From a bacterium (GTDB lineage: Bacteria > UBA10199 > 2-02-FULL-44-16 > JAAZCA01), in assembly GCA_021810905.1 (NCBI GenBank), contig JAJZQH010000011.1, positions 4,358 to 68,357 on the forward strand: DNA of 64,000 bases, read 5' to 3'. Position numbers and translations under genes: made by a program. Positions 38,037 to 47,951 of the stretch are shown in pieces. How positions within the stretch are numbered: position 1 is the stretch's first letter; every line of letters begins with the position of its first letter. The notes under the pieces were generated by a model. That model searched no databases. It was given only the letters and a program-made list of their open reading frames with translations, and was not told the origin of the DNA.

Positions 38037-38346
38037 TCAAGTCCCCTGACTGACTCTCATGCGATGTATCCGGACGTATCGGCCAAAACTATCAAAAGTT
38101 GCGCGATAAATGTCCAGAGGCGAACATATATAATGATAGGGCACATGAACATTAAGCAATTGGCATGCCATTGGCCGCCCGCGCTGCCCGATTCCTAACA
38201 TAGCGATTATTAACGGTTTTTATTTCGAGATCAAAGGATGACCCGTAAGATCACTGTTCGGCTATTCGAAAAAGTGAACAGGCTGTTCAAAATACTGAAC
38301 CAGAAGGGCAATCCGTACCGAGCAAGGGTTTTGAAATGAGTTCCCG

Positions 38347-41300
38347 TTACCTCACCGTCAGCGTGGTTACCGGGTCTTCCTCGCGATAGAGTTCGATCAT
38401 GTTGGCCGCGAGCGTTTCTATCTCGTCGTCGCGCGCGCGGATGCAGCCGTGGGTGCGGGCCTCGTAGCGGTTGTTTCTGCCGGCGTGGATGAAGAGCTGC
38501 CGATTCCACGCGGTACGATTGGGGCCGTCGTGCGGCGCACCGATGCGGATGCGGATCCTGCCCTGCGATACGTTGTAGTCATCCTGCCACGTCCCTGCCC
38601 AACGCTGTCCCGTCATGACGCTTTCGCCAATGGAATAGCCCTCGAACCCGAAGCGATTGTAGAACGATTCGCGATATTCTTCGGAATAGAATTCGGGAAC
38701 TCCTATTGCGAACGTGCCGTCCGGCACGGGTCCTCTCGCGCCGATTGTGAGCGGGTCTGCCTTTGGTCTGGTCGTGTTGTTGGCCGCGTGGTATCTCGTG
38801 ATCTCTTCGTCATCCCCGTCATAGAGAATGAGCTCGTCGTTCGCGCGCTCGAATACGAGGCTCGCAAGACCAAGCGGATCGTAGAACGTGGAAGGATCTC
38901 CGCGCGCGTAGAGATACAGATTGGGCTCGCCTTCGTTCAGATCGGCCCGGCTGCTGACAAACGCGCGTCCGAACGGGTATGCGCCATAGCGCGCGGATGT
39001 TGAGAGCTGGCGATTCGGCAACGTTGCGGTCGAAGCCTCGCCCTGCCAGCGGTGATAGGAAGGCGACGGCGCGAAAGAGACAGCAGCTTCGGTTCGAAGT
39101 CCGATCTTCATGCCCAGTGGGTCCGGCTGTATAAAACGCATGAGCCTTGGATCGTAGCTTCGGTTCCGCGCGTACATCAATTCCGGATCTCCGCCGCGCA
39201 ACATGCCGGCAAAGCCGAATGGCGTGTCGCCGTGCTCGCAGCGCTCCATTGCGCCGTACGGTCCGAAGTCGCAGAGTTTGCGAATCGTTCCCTGGATTTC
39301 TTTGGCGCGGGCGGAACCTGAGCGGTCAGCTATGAAAAATGCGGCGCCTGCTGATGAGAGCGATGCGACGGGAAGCGCGGATTCATCCGCATACACGAAC
39401 TGCTCCATGCCGTTGTCGCTCGTCACCTCCGCGGCGAGCTGCCAGCCGTTCCATATCAATTCGCGGTCGACGTCCGCCGACGATTCGCCCACGCGCCTGC
39501 CCAACGCATCATATTTGTATTGCGCCATCAATCCACCGTCTTCGAGGATATCGGTGAGGCGGCCGAAGGCGTCATAGCGATATTCCCACTCGCCGTTCTG
39601 CAGGAGATTGCCGTTTGCGTCGTAAGTGAGGGCGCGTGGGATTGCCGCGCTGTCGCTCGCGATGAAACCTGATGAGGCGCTGATATCAGTCAACTCGCCC
39701 AGCGAATTGTACTTCATCTGCGTGACCGCTCCGTCCTCTTCAGATGCGATTACATTTCCAACGGCGTCATAGGAAAATCTGCGCACCCTTTGCCTCTTGT
39801 CTTCCGGAGCGCCGGAGGGCGAGTCGATTGCGGATATGAGCCTCCCCATGTAATCGCGTGAATAGACGCGCGCGACGCCGAATAGCGAATCGTCTTCCTT
39901 GCCGACTCGACCGTTTGCATCGTATTCAAACTTCCACGCGGCGAGAGTACGCCAGGCGCCCGCATAGCGCCTGAAAGTCTGTCTGCCCCATGAATCGCGC
40001 GTGAGTTCGAGCGTCAAACCCCTGCCGAAGTCTGCGTTGACCATGTTTCCGGAAGCGTCGCGCGTAATCGCTGCAATGCGCCGACTGCCGGCCAGCACCG
40101 AGCTGATTGCGCCATCGGCGTTGCGCGCAAAATAGGCGGGAACTCCGCCATAGGGCTGCTCGGTAGAGAGCCTCCCCGCATCGTCAAAACCCCGGACCAT
40201 CCACCTGTTTCCAGCGAGCTCTGCAATCGGCCTTGATAAGGAATCATAGACAAAGCGCGAGATCGCATCGTCCTCAGCTTCTTCCGGATCGTTTTCATCG
40301 ACTGCGTATATGAGTCTATCGAGCCCGTCGTATGCAAAACGCTGCTGCCGAGTGCCGATGACGCCCGCTGCGGGCACGATGTAGCGCGATGCGAGACGGC
40401 CGGCTGCGTCGTAGTCGATCAGAAGGGATGTATTGTCGCGCTGCAATACTGCGGTGACCCGGTCGGCTGCGTCGTATGAAGTGCGCCGTTCGCTCGCGTC
40501 TGCAAAACGCTCGACGATCAGCCTGTCCTGAGGGTCGTAACCGAATGCGGTGGCGTTGTTGTTGGCGTCGATTAGGCGCACGAGGTTGTTGTTCTTGTTC
40601 CACACATAGCGCGTTACGGCTTCGGATGACTTTTCCTCTCCAGAGTTATGCGCGGCGATGCGGCGGCCCAGATCATCCACGTCAAAGCGCACGAGCGATC
40701 CGTCCGGATTTGTCACAGCAACGAGGTTTCCCTGCCCATCATAGGAAAACTGCCTGGGCATTGACCAGCCGGCATTCATACGGATCAGTTTCCCCGTTCC
40801 GTTGAACGTATATTCGGTGAGGCCAAGTTTGTTATCGCCATCCGCAATGTAAGATGCAGTGACGCGACCTGCCGCGTCGCGCGCGAATACGCGACGCACT
40901 CCCGCGGGACTTGTAATTGAGAGCACGCCACCCAGGCCGTCGCGCTCCACGCTTGTGCGGTTGCCGAGCGGATCAACGAGCGCAGTCAAATTTCCTCCTG
41001 CATCGTATTCAAACAGCTCATCGAGCCAGCGCGATGCGTCGGAATCCTCACGAAACAGCCTCCGGCTTCGCTTCACCATGAGTCGCGCATCGTACTCAAG
41101 GCGTTCCTCAGCGAGCAGCGCGCCGTTTGCGTCGATCGCTCGAACCGCTACTACGCGACCCATCGCGTCGCGTTCAAATTCCTTTCTGTTGCCAAGCGCG
41201 TCAGTCTTGGCGGCGGCCTCGCCGAATCCGTTGAGCGTGTACTCGGTGCGCGCTCCGCTCCCGTCAATGAACGCCGTGACTTCTCCATCCTCGTTGCGCG

Positions 41301-44300
41301 TCACGCACTCGCGCGATCGTTCGAGAGTCCCCTCTCCTCTCACGATACATACAAGCCTCCCTTCAGCATCGTATTCGTATGCGACGCGATTTTTTTCAGG
41401 CAGCTCAATGCCAGCGAGCCTTCCCACTGCGTCATATTCATAGCGGGTAATCGCCTGCTCAGATGCGGATATCTGTACATTCGAGCTTATCACGAGATCG
41501 AGCGAATCGTATTCGAACGAATGCACGACAGGCGCTCCCTCGCGCTCTATCTCTGCGCGCACCATATTGTCGTTCGCGTCGAACGAATAGCGCACCGGAG
41601 TCATTCCTGAGCGCTGCTCGCGCACCACTTGATTGAGCGCGTTGACTGAAAATGTCGCAATTGTTCCGTCAGGCGTGGTCTGCGAAATGATATTGCCGAT
41701 CGGATCATAGTTGAAGGAGGTTGTAGCCAGTTTGAGAACGCCCGCGGCTTTTCGCTCCGACGAATCGAAGGCATCGACAATTATGGATTTCAGATATCCG
41801 CCGCCGGAATCCGTTGCGCAAGCTGTTCGGTTTTTCCTGTCTGCCGTCGCAACGATTCCATCTCCGTCCGGATCGCAGGCGGGATAATACTCGTATCGCG
41901 TCATCACGCCGCGAGCGTCCTGCTCCCCAACCGGCCTGCCGAACGCATCGTATGCATAATGCGACGTCATGTTCCAGACGGCAGCAGGTCCTGCGCGCAT
42001 ATCAATCGCTTTAAGGTTCGATGCAGAATCGTCTCCGTACTCAAATCGCTCCTCAGCGCCGTCTGCAAACGATACCCATGCGATTCGGCCAAAACACGGC
42101 TCGTGCGAAAATTTCGTCACGCGCGGTTCTCCCTTGCCTGCGGGATATTCATCCACCTCCGTAAGCAGGCCGCGCTCCGCGCCGCTGCCATATACGAAGC
42201 GCGTACACCTGCCTGAGGGGAGACAGTCCAGCGTGCGTTCGCCATCTTCATTATATTGGAATGATTCGAGGAACTTGTATGATCCATTTTTCCACAACCA
42301 TCGTCGCAGCAGATGCCCTTCGGTATCATGCTCGTAGAGTCTTGTTGCGCCCAGCTGGTCAGTGACCCATGTGCGGCCGATTGCGCCTTGCCCTTTATCG
42401 TCATGCATTGCGGATGCACCGTATTGCACGGTCATCCATGCGCCGCTTCCGAAGCGCTGTGCCGCGACACGGCCTTGCTCGTCGTAACGATTATGGAGAA
42501 AGACTCCACCTCGCGGATCCATGACCATCGTGAGCGCGTGCGCAAGAGGGGCCGGCGCGTCAGCACGTTCGTAGCGGTACGCAGTGAGCCTTCCTTTTTT
42601 GTATTCGGGAGTGGCGGGCGAACGCACCCCGATAAGCCCCTGCGAATCATCGTATTCGAATGAAATCGTCCGTCCCGCGAAATCCTCGATCGCTGCGACA
42701 AGCCCGTCGGCGCGGCGTGCAAATTCGATGCGCCTTCCTAATGCGTCTATCACCGCCGAGAGCAACCCTCTGTCGTCGTACTCGTAGGAAATCTGGTTAT
42801 TGTTGCGATCGCGTTTTGAAAGCGGCACCCCCTGCGCGTCGAATTTCGTGACCACTCCTTCGCGAGCCGTGAGTTCGTATCCGTCACTCACTCGCGTGAG
42901 CTTTGAGTACACGCCGGGCGGAGAAATAAACGCAACTCCGTCCGCCGCAAAAAACGACTTGCGCCCCTCTTCATCTATATACGTAAGCCCCTCTCTACCG
43001 CCATCGTTCCACGGCAAAAGCCGCTCCGCAAAATTGTGCGTCCATCGCCAACCGAGCTCGCCGAGGAAATCGGAGCGGCCGCGATAGGTGCGCATAAAGC
43101 GAAAATCCAAGCCTCGGCCCGGAATTACAATATCGGTCACGCTCTGCACGTATTCGCCGTTGTGCAAAAGCACGGGATCGAGCGCGCTCTCCCGCGACGG
43201 ATTGCGCGCGGGCGAACGCTCCACATCCAATATTGCGGCAGCAGGACCGAGCATGTGAGCTGCTTCGAGAACGCCCGCCGCGCCTTGCGATACGAGTTCC
43301 GCCGCCCTTTCGTTGAGATCCGCGAGGTCGCGCTTTACCTTGCCGGTGACGCCGCGCAGCGCGTCGGAAGGCCGCCAGTCGCCGGGCTTTCCGAGCAGGC
43401 CTTCGTCGATTCCAGCAAGCTTTTTAAGCTCATCCCAGTTCGCCGGCAGACCGCCCAACCCGTCGGGAAGCGCGCCCTCCGCGAGTTCGCGCGCGCTATC
43501 GAGGCCGTCCTGAAATTTTGCGATTCCGTCGCGAAGCGGATCTGTCAGCTGATTCTGAACGTATTTGAGTTCATCCTCAACGCTGCCGACTATATTATCG
43601 AGTTCGCCGCGCACTTGATCGATGGGCTTTGCGAGCAGCGCGTCGATGTTGTCCAGCTCTCCCTGAAGTTTTGAAAGCGGCTCCTTTATCTTTGCGAGCG
43701 CCGCATCGAACGAAGCGCCGGCACCGATAGATGCAGCGAGCCCGCGCGCAAGAGATGCCAACTGCATGATCGTCATATTGAGCCACTGTTTATTCTGAAT
43801 CTGCCAGACCATCACGCGCGTGACTTCGACGGCGCGCTTGAGTTCGTAGGCGTCGACCACGGGACCGCTGAACGCCCGCGCATAATGGCCAGCGGCGGTT
43901 CCGGCGAGGATTGCTGCATAGGCGGGGGTTGGAAGGCGAAAGAGCGTCTGATTCAGAAGCGACGACTGGAGTTTGTTGAGTGAGTTTCCGGGGAAATACT
44001 GCTGCGCGCGGGCGGCATATCTCTCAAACGCTTCCGGGCCGGCCTTGAGCGCCTCTATCGCCTCGGGCGGAAGGCTTCCGCCGAGCGCATCCTCTATGCG
44101 GCCGCGGATCGCAGCTACGGTTCCATCTCCGATTATCTGCGAGAGCCCCAGTGCAGCGGAGTCCGCTATGGTGCCTACGTTGAACGCCTTGTGGAGAGTG
44201 CCGCGCATGTCCGTGGGATCTATCCAGAGGGGCATGCCTGTTGAGGACATCTGCTCTTTGAGACGCTTTATTGCCGAATCGTACATCGAAGTTGCGGCTG

Positions 44301-44817
44301 CATCTATGCGTTCGTTGAGACTCATGTTGAATTCGCGGACGACGCGATCCGCTATCTCCGCAGCCTCTTTCAGATGTTCCTCTCCGATTGCATTGCCGAG
44401 CAAGTCGCGCACGATGATGTCGCGCGCTTGTTTTGGCAGCCACTCCTTGATGCGCGTCTTGAGATCTGCCGCGACCCGCGCCTTGAGCTCCGCGTCCTGT
44501 TTGAACAGCGCCGAAAAATCGAGACGAGATCCGCTGCTGCGGCCTTTGTTGATCGCATCTGCAAATGCATCGCAGAGCCATTCGCTCCCCTCTTTGGATA
44601 GCGCCTGCTGGATCGCTGCTCGTGCGCGGCCCTCGACAAAGCCCGCAACACCCTCGAGCGAATATGCGCTCGAAAGCGCGGATGAATCGGCACCGGAAAT
44701 AAACGCGGTGACCGGGCCTTGTTGCGAACTCTGAACCTCGGCTGACATAGCGTTGCCAGCGGTGAGAGCGGCCAGGGCGGAACATAATATAATGATGTGG
44801 ATTCGCAGAGATCTCAT
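38347..44817 (-). CDS. RHS/YD-repeat polymorphic toxin (2,156 aa) with an N-terminal helical region of about 530 aa and a C-terminal L,D-transpeptidase-like toxin domain
   Basis: The signal peptide is MRSLRIHIIILCSALAALTAGNAMSA. The RHS N-boundary is DPVLLHNGEYVQSVTDIVIPGRGLDFRFMRTYRGRSDFLGELGWRWTHNF. Many YD repeats follow. The core ends ...YLYARGDPSTFYDPLGL. The C-terminus has LFIHAGRNNRYEARTHGCIRARDDEIETL. Confidence 0.9.
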   Translation of the reverse strand: MRSLRIHIIILCSALAALTAGNAMSAEVQSSQQGPVTAFISGADSSALSSAYSLEGVAGFVEGRARAAIQQALSKEGSEWLCDAFADAINKGRSSGSRLDFSALFKQDAELKARVAADLKTRIKEWLPKQARDIIVRDLLGNAIGEEHLKEAAEIADRVVREFNMSLNERIDAAATSMYDSAIKRLKEQMSSTGMPLWIDPTDMRGTLHKAFNVGTIADSAALGLSQIIGDGTVAAIRGRIEDALGGSLPPEAIEALKAGPEAFERYAARAQQYFPGNSLNKLQSSLLNQTLFRLPTPAYAAILAGTAAGHYARAFSGPVVDAYELKRAVEVTRVMVWQIQNKQWLNMTIMQLASLARGLAASIGAGASFDAALAKIKEPLSKLQGELDNIDALLAKPIDQVRGELDNIVGSVEDELKYVQNQLTDPLRDGIAKFQDGLDSARELAEGALPDGLGGLPANWDELKKLAGIDEGLLGKPGDWRPSDALRGVTGKVKRDLADLNERAAELVSQGAAGVLEAAHMLGPAAAILDVERSPARNPSRESALDPVLLHNGEYVQSVTDIVIPGRGLDFRFMRTYRGRSDFLGELGWRWTHNFAERLLPWNDGGREGLTYIDEEGRKSFFAADGVAFISPPGVYSKLTRVSDGYELTAREGVVTKFDAQGVPLSKRDRNNNQISYEYDDRGLLSAVIDALGRRIEFARRADGLVAAIEDFAGRTISFEYDDSQGLIGVRSPATPEYKKGRLTAYRYERADAPAPLAHALTMVMDPRGGVFLHNRYDEQGRVAAQRFGSGAWMTVQYGASAMHDDKGQGAIGRTWVTDQLGATRLYEHDTEGHLLRRWLWKNGSYKFLESFQYNEDGERTLDCLPSGRCTRFVYGSGAERGLLTEVDEYPAGKGEPRVTKFSHEPCFGRIAWVSFADGAEERFEYGDDSASNLKAIDMRAGPAAVWNMTSHYAYDAFGRPVGEQDARGVMTRYEYYPACDPDGDGIVATADRKNRTACATDSGGGYLKSIIVDAFDSSERKAAGVLKLATTSFNYDPIGNIISQTTPDGTIATFSVNALNQVVREQRSGMTPVRYSFDANDNMVRAEIEREGAPVVHSFEYDSLDLVISSNVQISASEQAITRYEYDAVGRLAGIELPEKNRVAYEYDAEGRLVCIVRGEGTLERSRECVTRNEDGEVTAFIDGSGARTEYTLNGFGEAAAKTDALGNRKEFERDAMGRVVAVRAIDANGALLAEERLEYDARLMVKRSRRLFREDSDASRWLDELFEYDAGGNLTALVDPLGNRTSVERDGLGGVLSITSPAGVRRVFARDAAGRVTASYIADGDNKLGLTEYTFNGTGKLIRMNAGWSMPRQFSYDGQGNLVAVTNPDGSLVRFDVDDLGRRIAAHNSGEEKSSEAVTRYVWNKNNNLVRLIDANNNATAFGYDPQDRLIVERFADASERRTSYDAADRVTAVLQRDNTSLLIDYDAAGRLASRYIVPAAGVIGTRQQRFAYDGLDRLIYAVDENDPEEAEDDAISRFVYDSLSRPIAELAGNRWMVRGFDDAGRLSTEQPYGGVPAYFARNADGAISSVLAGSRRIAAITRDASGNMVNADFGRGLTLELTRDSWGRQTFRRYAGAWRTLAAWKFEYDANGRVGKEDDSLFGVARVYSRDYMGRLISAIDSPSGAPEDKRQRVRRFSYDAVGNVIASEEDGAVTQMKYNSLGELTDISASSGFIASDSAAIPRALTYDANGNLLQNGEWEYRYDAFGRLTDILEDGGLMAQYKYDALGRRVGESSADVDRELIWNGWQLAAEVTSDNGMEQFVYADESALPVASLSSAGAAFFIADRSGSARAKEIQGTIRKLCDFGPYGAMERCEHGDTPFGFAGMLRGGDPELMYARNRSYDPRLMRFIQPDPLGMKIGLRTEAAVSFAPSPSYHRWQGEASTATLPNRQLSTSARYGAYPFGRAFVSSRADLNEGEPNLYLYARGDPSTFYDPLGLASLVFERANDELILYDGDDEEITRYHAANNTTRPKADPLTIGARGPVPDGTFAIGVPEFYSEEYRESFYNRFGFEGYSIGESVMTGQRWAGTWQDDYNVSQGRIRIRIGAPHDGPNRTAWNRQLFIHAGRNNRYEARTHGCIRARDDEIETLAANMIELYREEDPVTTLTVR
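38350..38865 (-). other. C-terminal toxin domain with YkuD (L,D-transpeptidase) catalytic signature H...THGCIR
   Basis: IHAG-x9-THGCIRA-x-DDEIETL matches the YkuD His / (S/T)HGC(I/V)R active-site pattern. I verified the Cys codon at 38443-38445 by hand. Confidence 0.6.
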
Positions 44818-44982
44818 GCTTCAATTGCTAAGCACGATGCGTGCCAACATGAGGGATAAAAATAATCGTGGAATTTCAACGCTCTGATTTTTTGCACATG
44901 CGACGAACTGCCGTATTTTCGGCGGCACTGCACAGAAACGCAGCAGCAGTAATCAATGCATTTATTATTTATCGACTTCAGA

Positions 44983-46647
44983 TCATCTACAGGAAATTGC
45001 GGACTGCTCTCCGAATGAAGCGAAGCAATTCTTTGACTGGCCTTCGGCCAGCACCACCCTCGCCTCTACGGTGCGGCCGCTCGGCGGATGCGCAACCTTC
45101 ACCGAATAGGCTCCAGGCTTCACCTTGACTCCGGCCAGCGGCGTCTCGCGCCCCTGGGCCACGCCTGAAATGGAGGCTATGCCCCAGGGCTTTGCGGTAA
45201 TGGAGATTGCAGCAGCTCCAACTCGCTTGAGAGCGAAGCTCTTCACGTAGGCGGGGCTGGCCGGCCCTAATCGAAACGATTCGGATATTGGCGCGTAACC
45301 CGCGGCAGAGAGCTCGACGCGGCAGTCGATATCGCCGCCCGTTTGGATATTTTCGATGGTAAAAGGCGTTACGATCTCGCGGCGCTCCGTGCCGAGCAGA
45401 AGAATGCCGCGCGCACCTGCGGGTGCGCTGTCGATCGCCACGGCCCCTGCGACAGCGGGCGGCACGCCGGGCGTATCAGGACGCTGCTGCACAATCTGTG
45501 CGGCAGCGCGATCCGTTGAAACGGGACGGACGATTCCCAGCGCCGATACCCTGGCATGCGGCACAAACGACATGGCGATGAACATGAAAGTTGCGGCGGC
45601 ACTTCGCCAGCTCAGCGGAAAGATGAACGAATGCCTGTGCGTCTCGGCAGGCAGAAAGCACGGCTCCATCGCGCGCGTCTTTGCGCCCGTATGCTCTACG
45701 ACATCTGCGCGCGGCGAAGTCCTCGCTGTGCCATCAGGGAACACATCATGCAGGTATGCAGCGAGATCCAGGCTGGAGCTGATCTCGCCAACCGATCGAG
45801 CGGCACGCCGTACGTCGGAGAGCATTTCCGCTGCGCTCTGATAGCGCGTCTCCGCCCTTGGCGAAAGTGCGAGCATGATAGTCGCGCGCAGCTCCGCGGA
45901 AAGCCTCTCGATTCCCGCGAGTTTGATCTCGGCGTGCGCCACCGTGCGCAAAAGTTCGACGTCCGTCTCGCCATCAAATAGCCGCCGGCCGGTGAGCAAC
46001 TCGTACAGCAAGATGCCGCACGCGAAGATATCCGCGCGCGCGTCGATCTGTTCGCCTCGCGCTTGCTCCGGCGCCATGTAGGCGTACTTGCCGCGGATCT
46101 GGCCGGCCGTGGTGAATCGCGTGCGATGCGAGCCCTTTGCGATTCCGAAATCCGTGACCTTCACCTCGCCATTCCACGAGAGTAGTATGTTCGAAGGCGA
46201 TATGTCCCTGTGCACTATTCCCAGCGGCCGTCCCGAGGCATCCTCACACCGGTGTGCGAATTCGAGCGCCGTGAGCACCTGGCTTACGATGTAGAGCGCG
46301 TGCGGAGCGTCAAGCGGGGCGGGCTCGCGAATGATGTGGGTGAGGAGCCTGCCGCAATCGATTCCGTCCACAAACTCCATGGCGATGAACGGAGTGCTAT
46401 CCTCGCTCCCGAGCTCGTAGACCTGGACGATCGATTGGTGCGCGAGCAGACAGAGCACGTTCGCCTCGTCCACGAGCATGTGCCTGAGTTCGTCGTTTTC
46501 GTCCCATGAAGGCAGGAGCTTCTTGATGGCAACGGTCTTGATGAACCCGCTGTCGGACGTGAGCAGCGCGCGATACACCTCGGCCGTGCCGCCGTTGGCA
46601 ACTTTTTCAACCAGAGTGTACCGCCCGAATCTGCATGGAAGGTTCAT
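44983..46647 (-). CDS. Ser/Thr protein kinase (Hanks-type) with a transmembrane segment and a C-terminal PEGA-like domain
   Basis: Kinase motifs are ANGGTAEVY...VAIKKL (ATP site), IVHRDISPSNILL (catalytic loop), DFGIAK and YMAPEQ. A hydrophobic segment is FIFPLSWRSAAATFMFIAMSF. The C-terminus ISITAKPWGIASISGVAQGRETPLAGVKVKPGAYSVKVA is PEGA-like. The start is the ATG at 46647 (MNLPCRFGRYTLVEK). Confidence 0.85.
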   Translation of the reverse strand: MNLPCRFGRYTLVEKVANGGTAEVYRALLTSDSGFIKTVAIKKLLPSWDENDELRHMLVDEANVLCLLAHQSIVQVYELGSEDSTPFIAMEFVDGIDCGRLLTHIIREPAPLDAPHALYIVSQVLTALEFAHRCEDASGRPLGIVHRDISPSNILLSWNGEVKVTDFGIAKGSHRTRFTTAGQIRGKYAYMAPEQARGEQIDARADIFACGILLYELLTGRRLFDGETDVELLRTVAHAEIKLAGIERLSAELRATIMLALSPRAETRYQSAAEMLSDVRRAARSVGEISSSLDLAAYLHDVFPDGTARTSPRADVVEHTGAKTRAMEPCFLPAETHRHSFIFPLSWRSAAATFMFIAMSFVPHARVSALGIVRPVSTDRAAAQIVQQRPDTPGVPPAVAGAVAIDSAPAGARGILLLGTERREIVTPFTIENIQTGGDIDCRVELSAAGYAPISESFRLGPASPAYVKSFALKRVGAAAISITAKPWGIASISGVAQGRETPLAGVKVKPGAYSVKVAHPPSGRTVEARVVLAEGQSKNCFASFGEQSAISCR

Positions 46648-46803
46648 GGCAGACCTATTATAATGATAACGGGATCTAGATAAGCAAATGGCGTGCCACC
46701 GGGTAGGATATAAAAAACGCAATAGTTTCAACGGATATAACGCGGCAAGAAATTAAAACCTGTTCGCGGAAGAACACACATGTGCGGACAGCTGCGCTAT
46801 TTT

Positions 46804-46867
46804 GGTGCCAGGCACGATGCGCGCGGCTTGGCTGGGAAGCTAAGCGCAAACCGAGGTGCCAGGCACG
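46804..46867. repeat. two direct copies of the REP-like motif GGTGCCAGGCACG upstream of the Y1 transposase gene
   Basis: The copies are at 46804-46816 and 46855-46867. The reverse complement (GTGCCTGGCAC) occurs three times downstream of the transposase. Confidence 0.6.
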
Positions 46868-46964
46868 TAGGGTCTCTGCCGAAAATACAGCAGCGCTGCC
46901 CAGAAACGCAGCACTTGCGCGGTACGATCACTGAATAATTAAAGGAATTTTGTTGGCCTGAGTC

Positions 46965-47633
46965 TTGCTTATGCTATTCGGCATGGGCAGACCACTTCGA
47001 ATCCTGCAGGCTGAATATCCATACCATGTCACTACCAGGACAAATGGCAGGGTCTTTGTCTTCAAGAAGTGGACGTACAAGATCATCATCAATGTCCTAG
47101 TAGAGGCTGCAAAGCGCTTTGACGTGCATATTCATCACTTCAAGATGATGACCAATCACTATCATCTCACGCTCACGACACCGATAGCCAACATCAGCGA
47201 TATCCTGTGGTTCATCAACAATCAGATCGCGAAAAAATACAACCGGAGGATGGGGATCACGGGGCATCTTTGGGGCGAGAGGTTTCATTCGACTATCATC
47301 GAGACGGATAAACACGCCGTGAGATGCGTAATTTATCTCTATACGAACGGGGTGAGAGCGGGAATGTGCAACCGTGCATCAGAGGACGAGCAGTTGAGCA
47401 CGTTTGAGTTTTATGCGCGCGGGAAGAAGGTAGAGTTTATTGTAACTGAGGACGATGTGTATCTGATGCTTGGCAAGAATCGGAGAGAGCGGCAGGAGGA
47501 GTTTGTGAGGCTCGTAGATCAGCCGATGGATGAGGAGGAGATCGAGGCGATCCGCAGCGGTCTTCGAAAGTTATTTTACGGGTCAGCGGATTTCGTCGAA
47601 CGCATGAAGGCGAGGTATTTGAACAGGCAATAG
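46965..47633 (+). CDS. IS200/IS605-family HUH Y1 transposase-like protein (REP-associated tyrosine transposase, RAYT-like)
   Basis: The HUH motif is HFKMMTNHYHLTL, and a conserved Tyr lies in YLYTNGVRAG. The protein is about 220 aa, typical of RAYT/IS200-like TnpA, and is flanked by inverted REP-like repeats. Confidence 0.75.
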   Translation: MLMLFGMGRPLRILQAEYPYHVTTRTNGRVFVFKKWTYKIIINVLVEAAKRFDVHIHHFKMMTNHYHLTLTTPIANISDILWFINNQIAKKYNRRMGITGHLWGERFHSTIIETDKHAVRCVIYLYTNGVRAGMCNRASEDEQLSTFEFYARGKKVEFIVTEDDVYLMLGKNRRERQEEFVRLVDQPMDEEEIEAIRSGLRKLFYGSADFVERMKARYLNRQ

Positions 47634-47836
47634 ATAACTGCGAGTTCTTATTGGTTCCAGCGATGCAGAAGTTTGCCCGGCGACGCGGGCCACGCGAAGT
47701 AAACCACCCCAATCTCCAATCTTAGAATACGAACATAGCTCAATCTGCCTGCCTGCTTGCCATAAGGACGAAATACGTCTGCCATGATGGAAAAAATACC
47801 ACTATCTTGACTCTCAAAGCCATGTCGAAAGGCTAA

Positions 47837-47907
47837 CATGCCTGGCACCTTTTCGGAGCCGGCATCAGGCGCCATCTCACGTGCCTGGCATCTCACGTGC
47901 CTGGCAC
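47837..47907. repeat. three copies of CGTGCCTGGCA(C)C, the reverse complement of the upstream REP motif, downstream of the transposase gene
   Basis: The sequence reads catgcctggcacctttt ... cacgtgcctggcatctcacgtgcctggcaccttttt. Confidence 0.6.
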
Positions 47908-47951
47908 CTTTTTACTGAAAATGCGCAACTTTATTAGCAGGTGGCCGATAA

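Larger units (their letters stand above)
46804..47907 (+). mobile_element. REP-RAYT unit: Y1 transposase gene flanked by inverted GTGCCAGGCAC / GTGCCTGGCAC repeat clusters
   Basis: There are two upstream copies (46804, 46855) and three downstream copies in opposite orientation (about 47839, 47881, 47896). Confidence 0.55.

Noticed and set aside
38231-38509. 92-aa Arg-rich minus-strand ORF in the gap after RHS-2, considered as a possible immunity gene
   Set aside because: It is in a different frame and overlaps the RHS-2 C-terminal toxin codons. Its composition is that of a GC-rich out-of-frame read, and there is no RBS.
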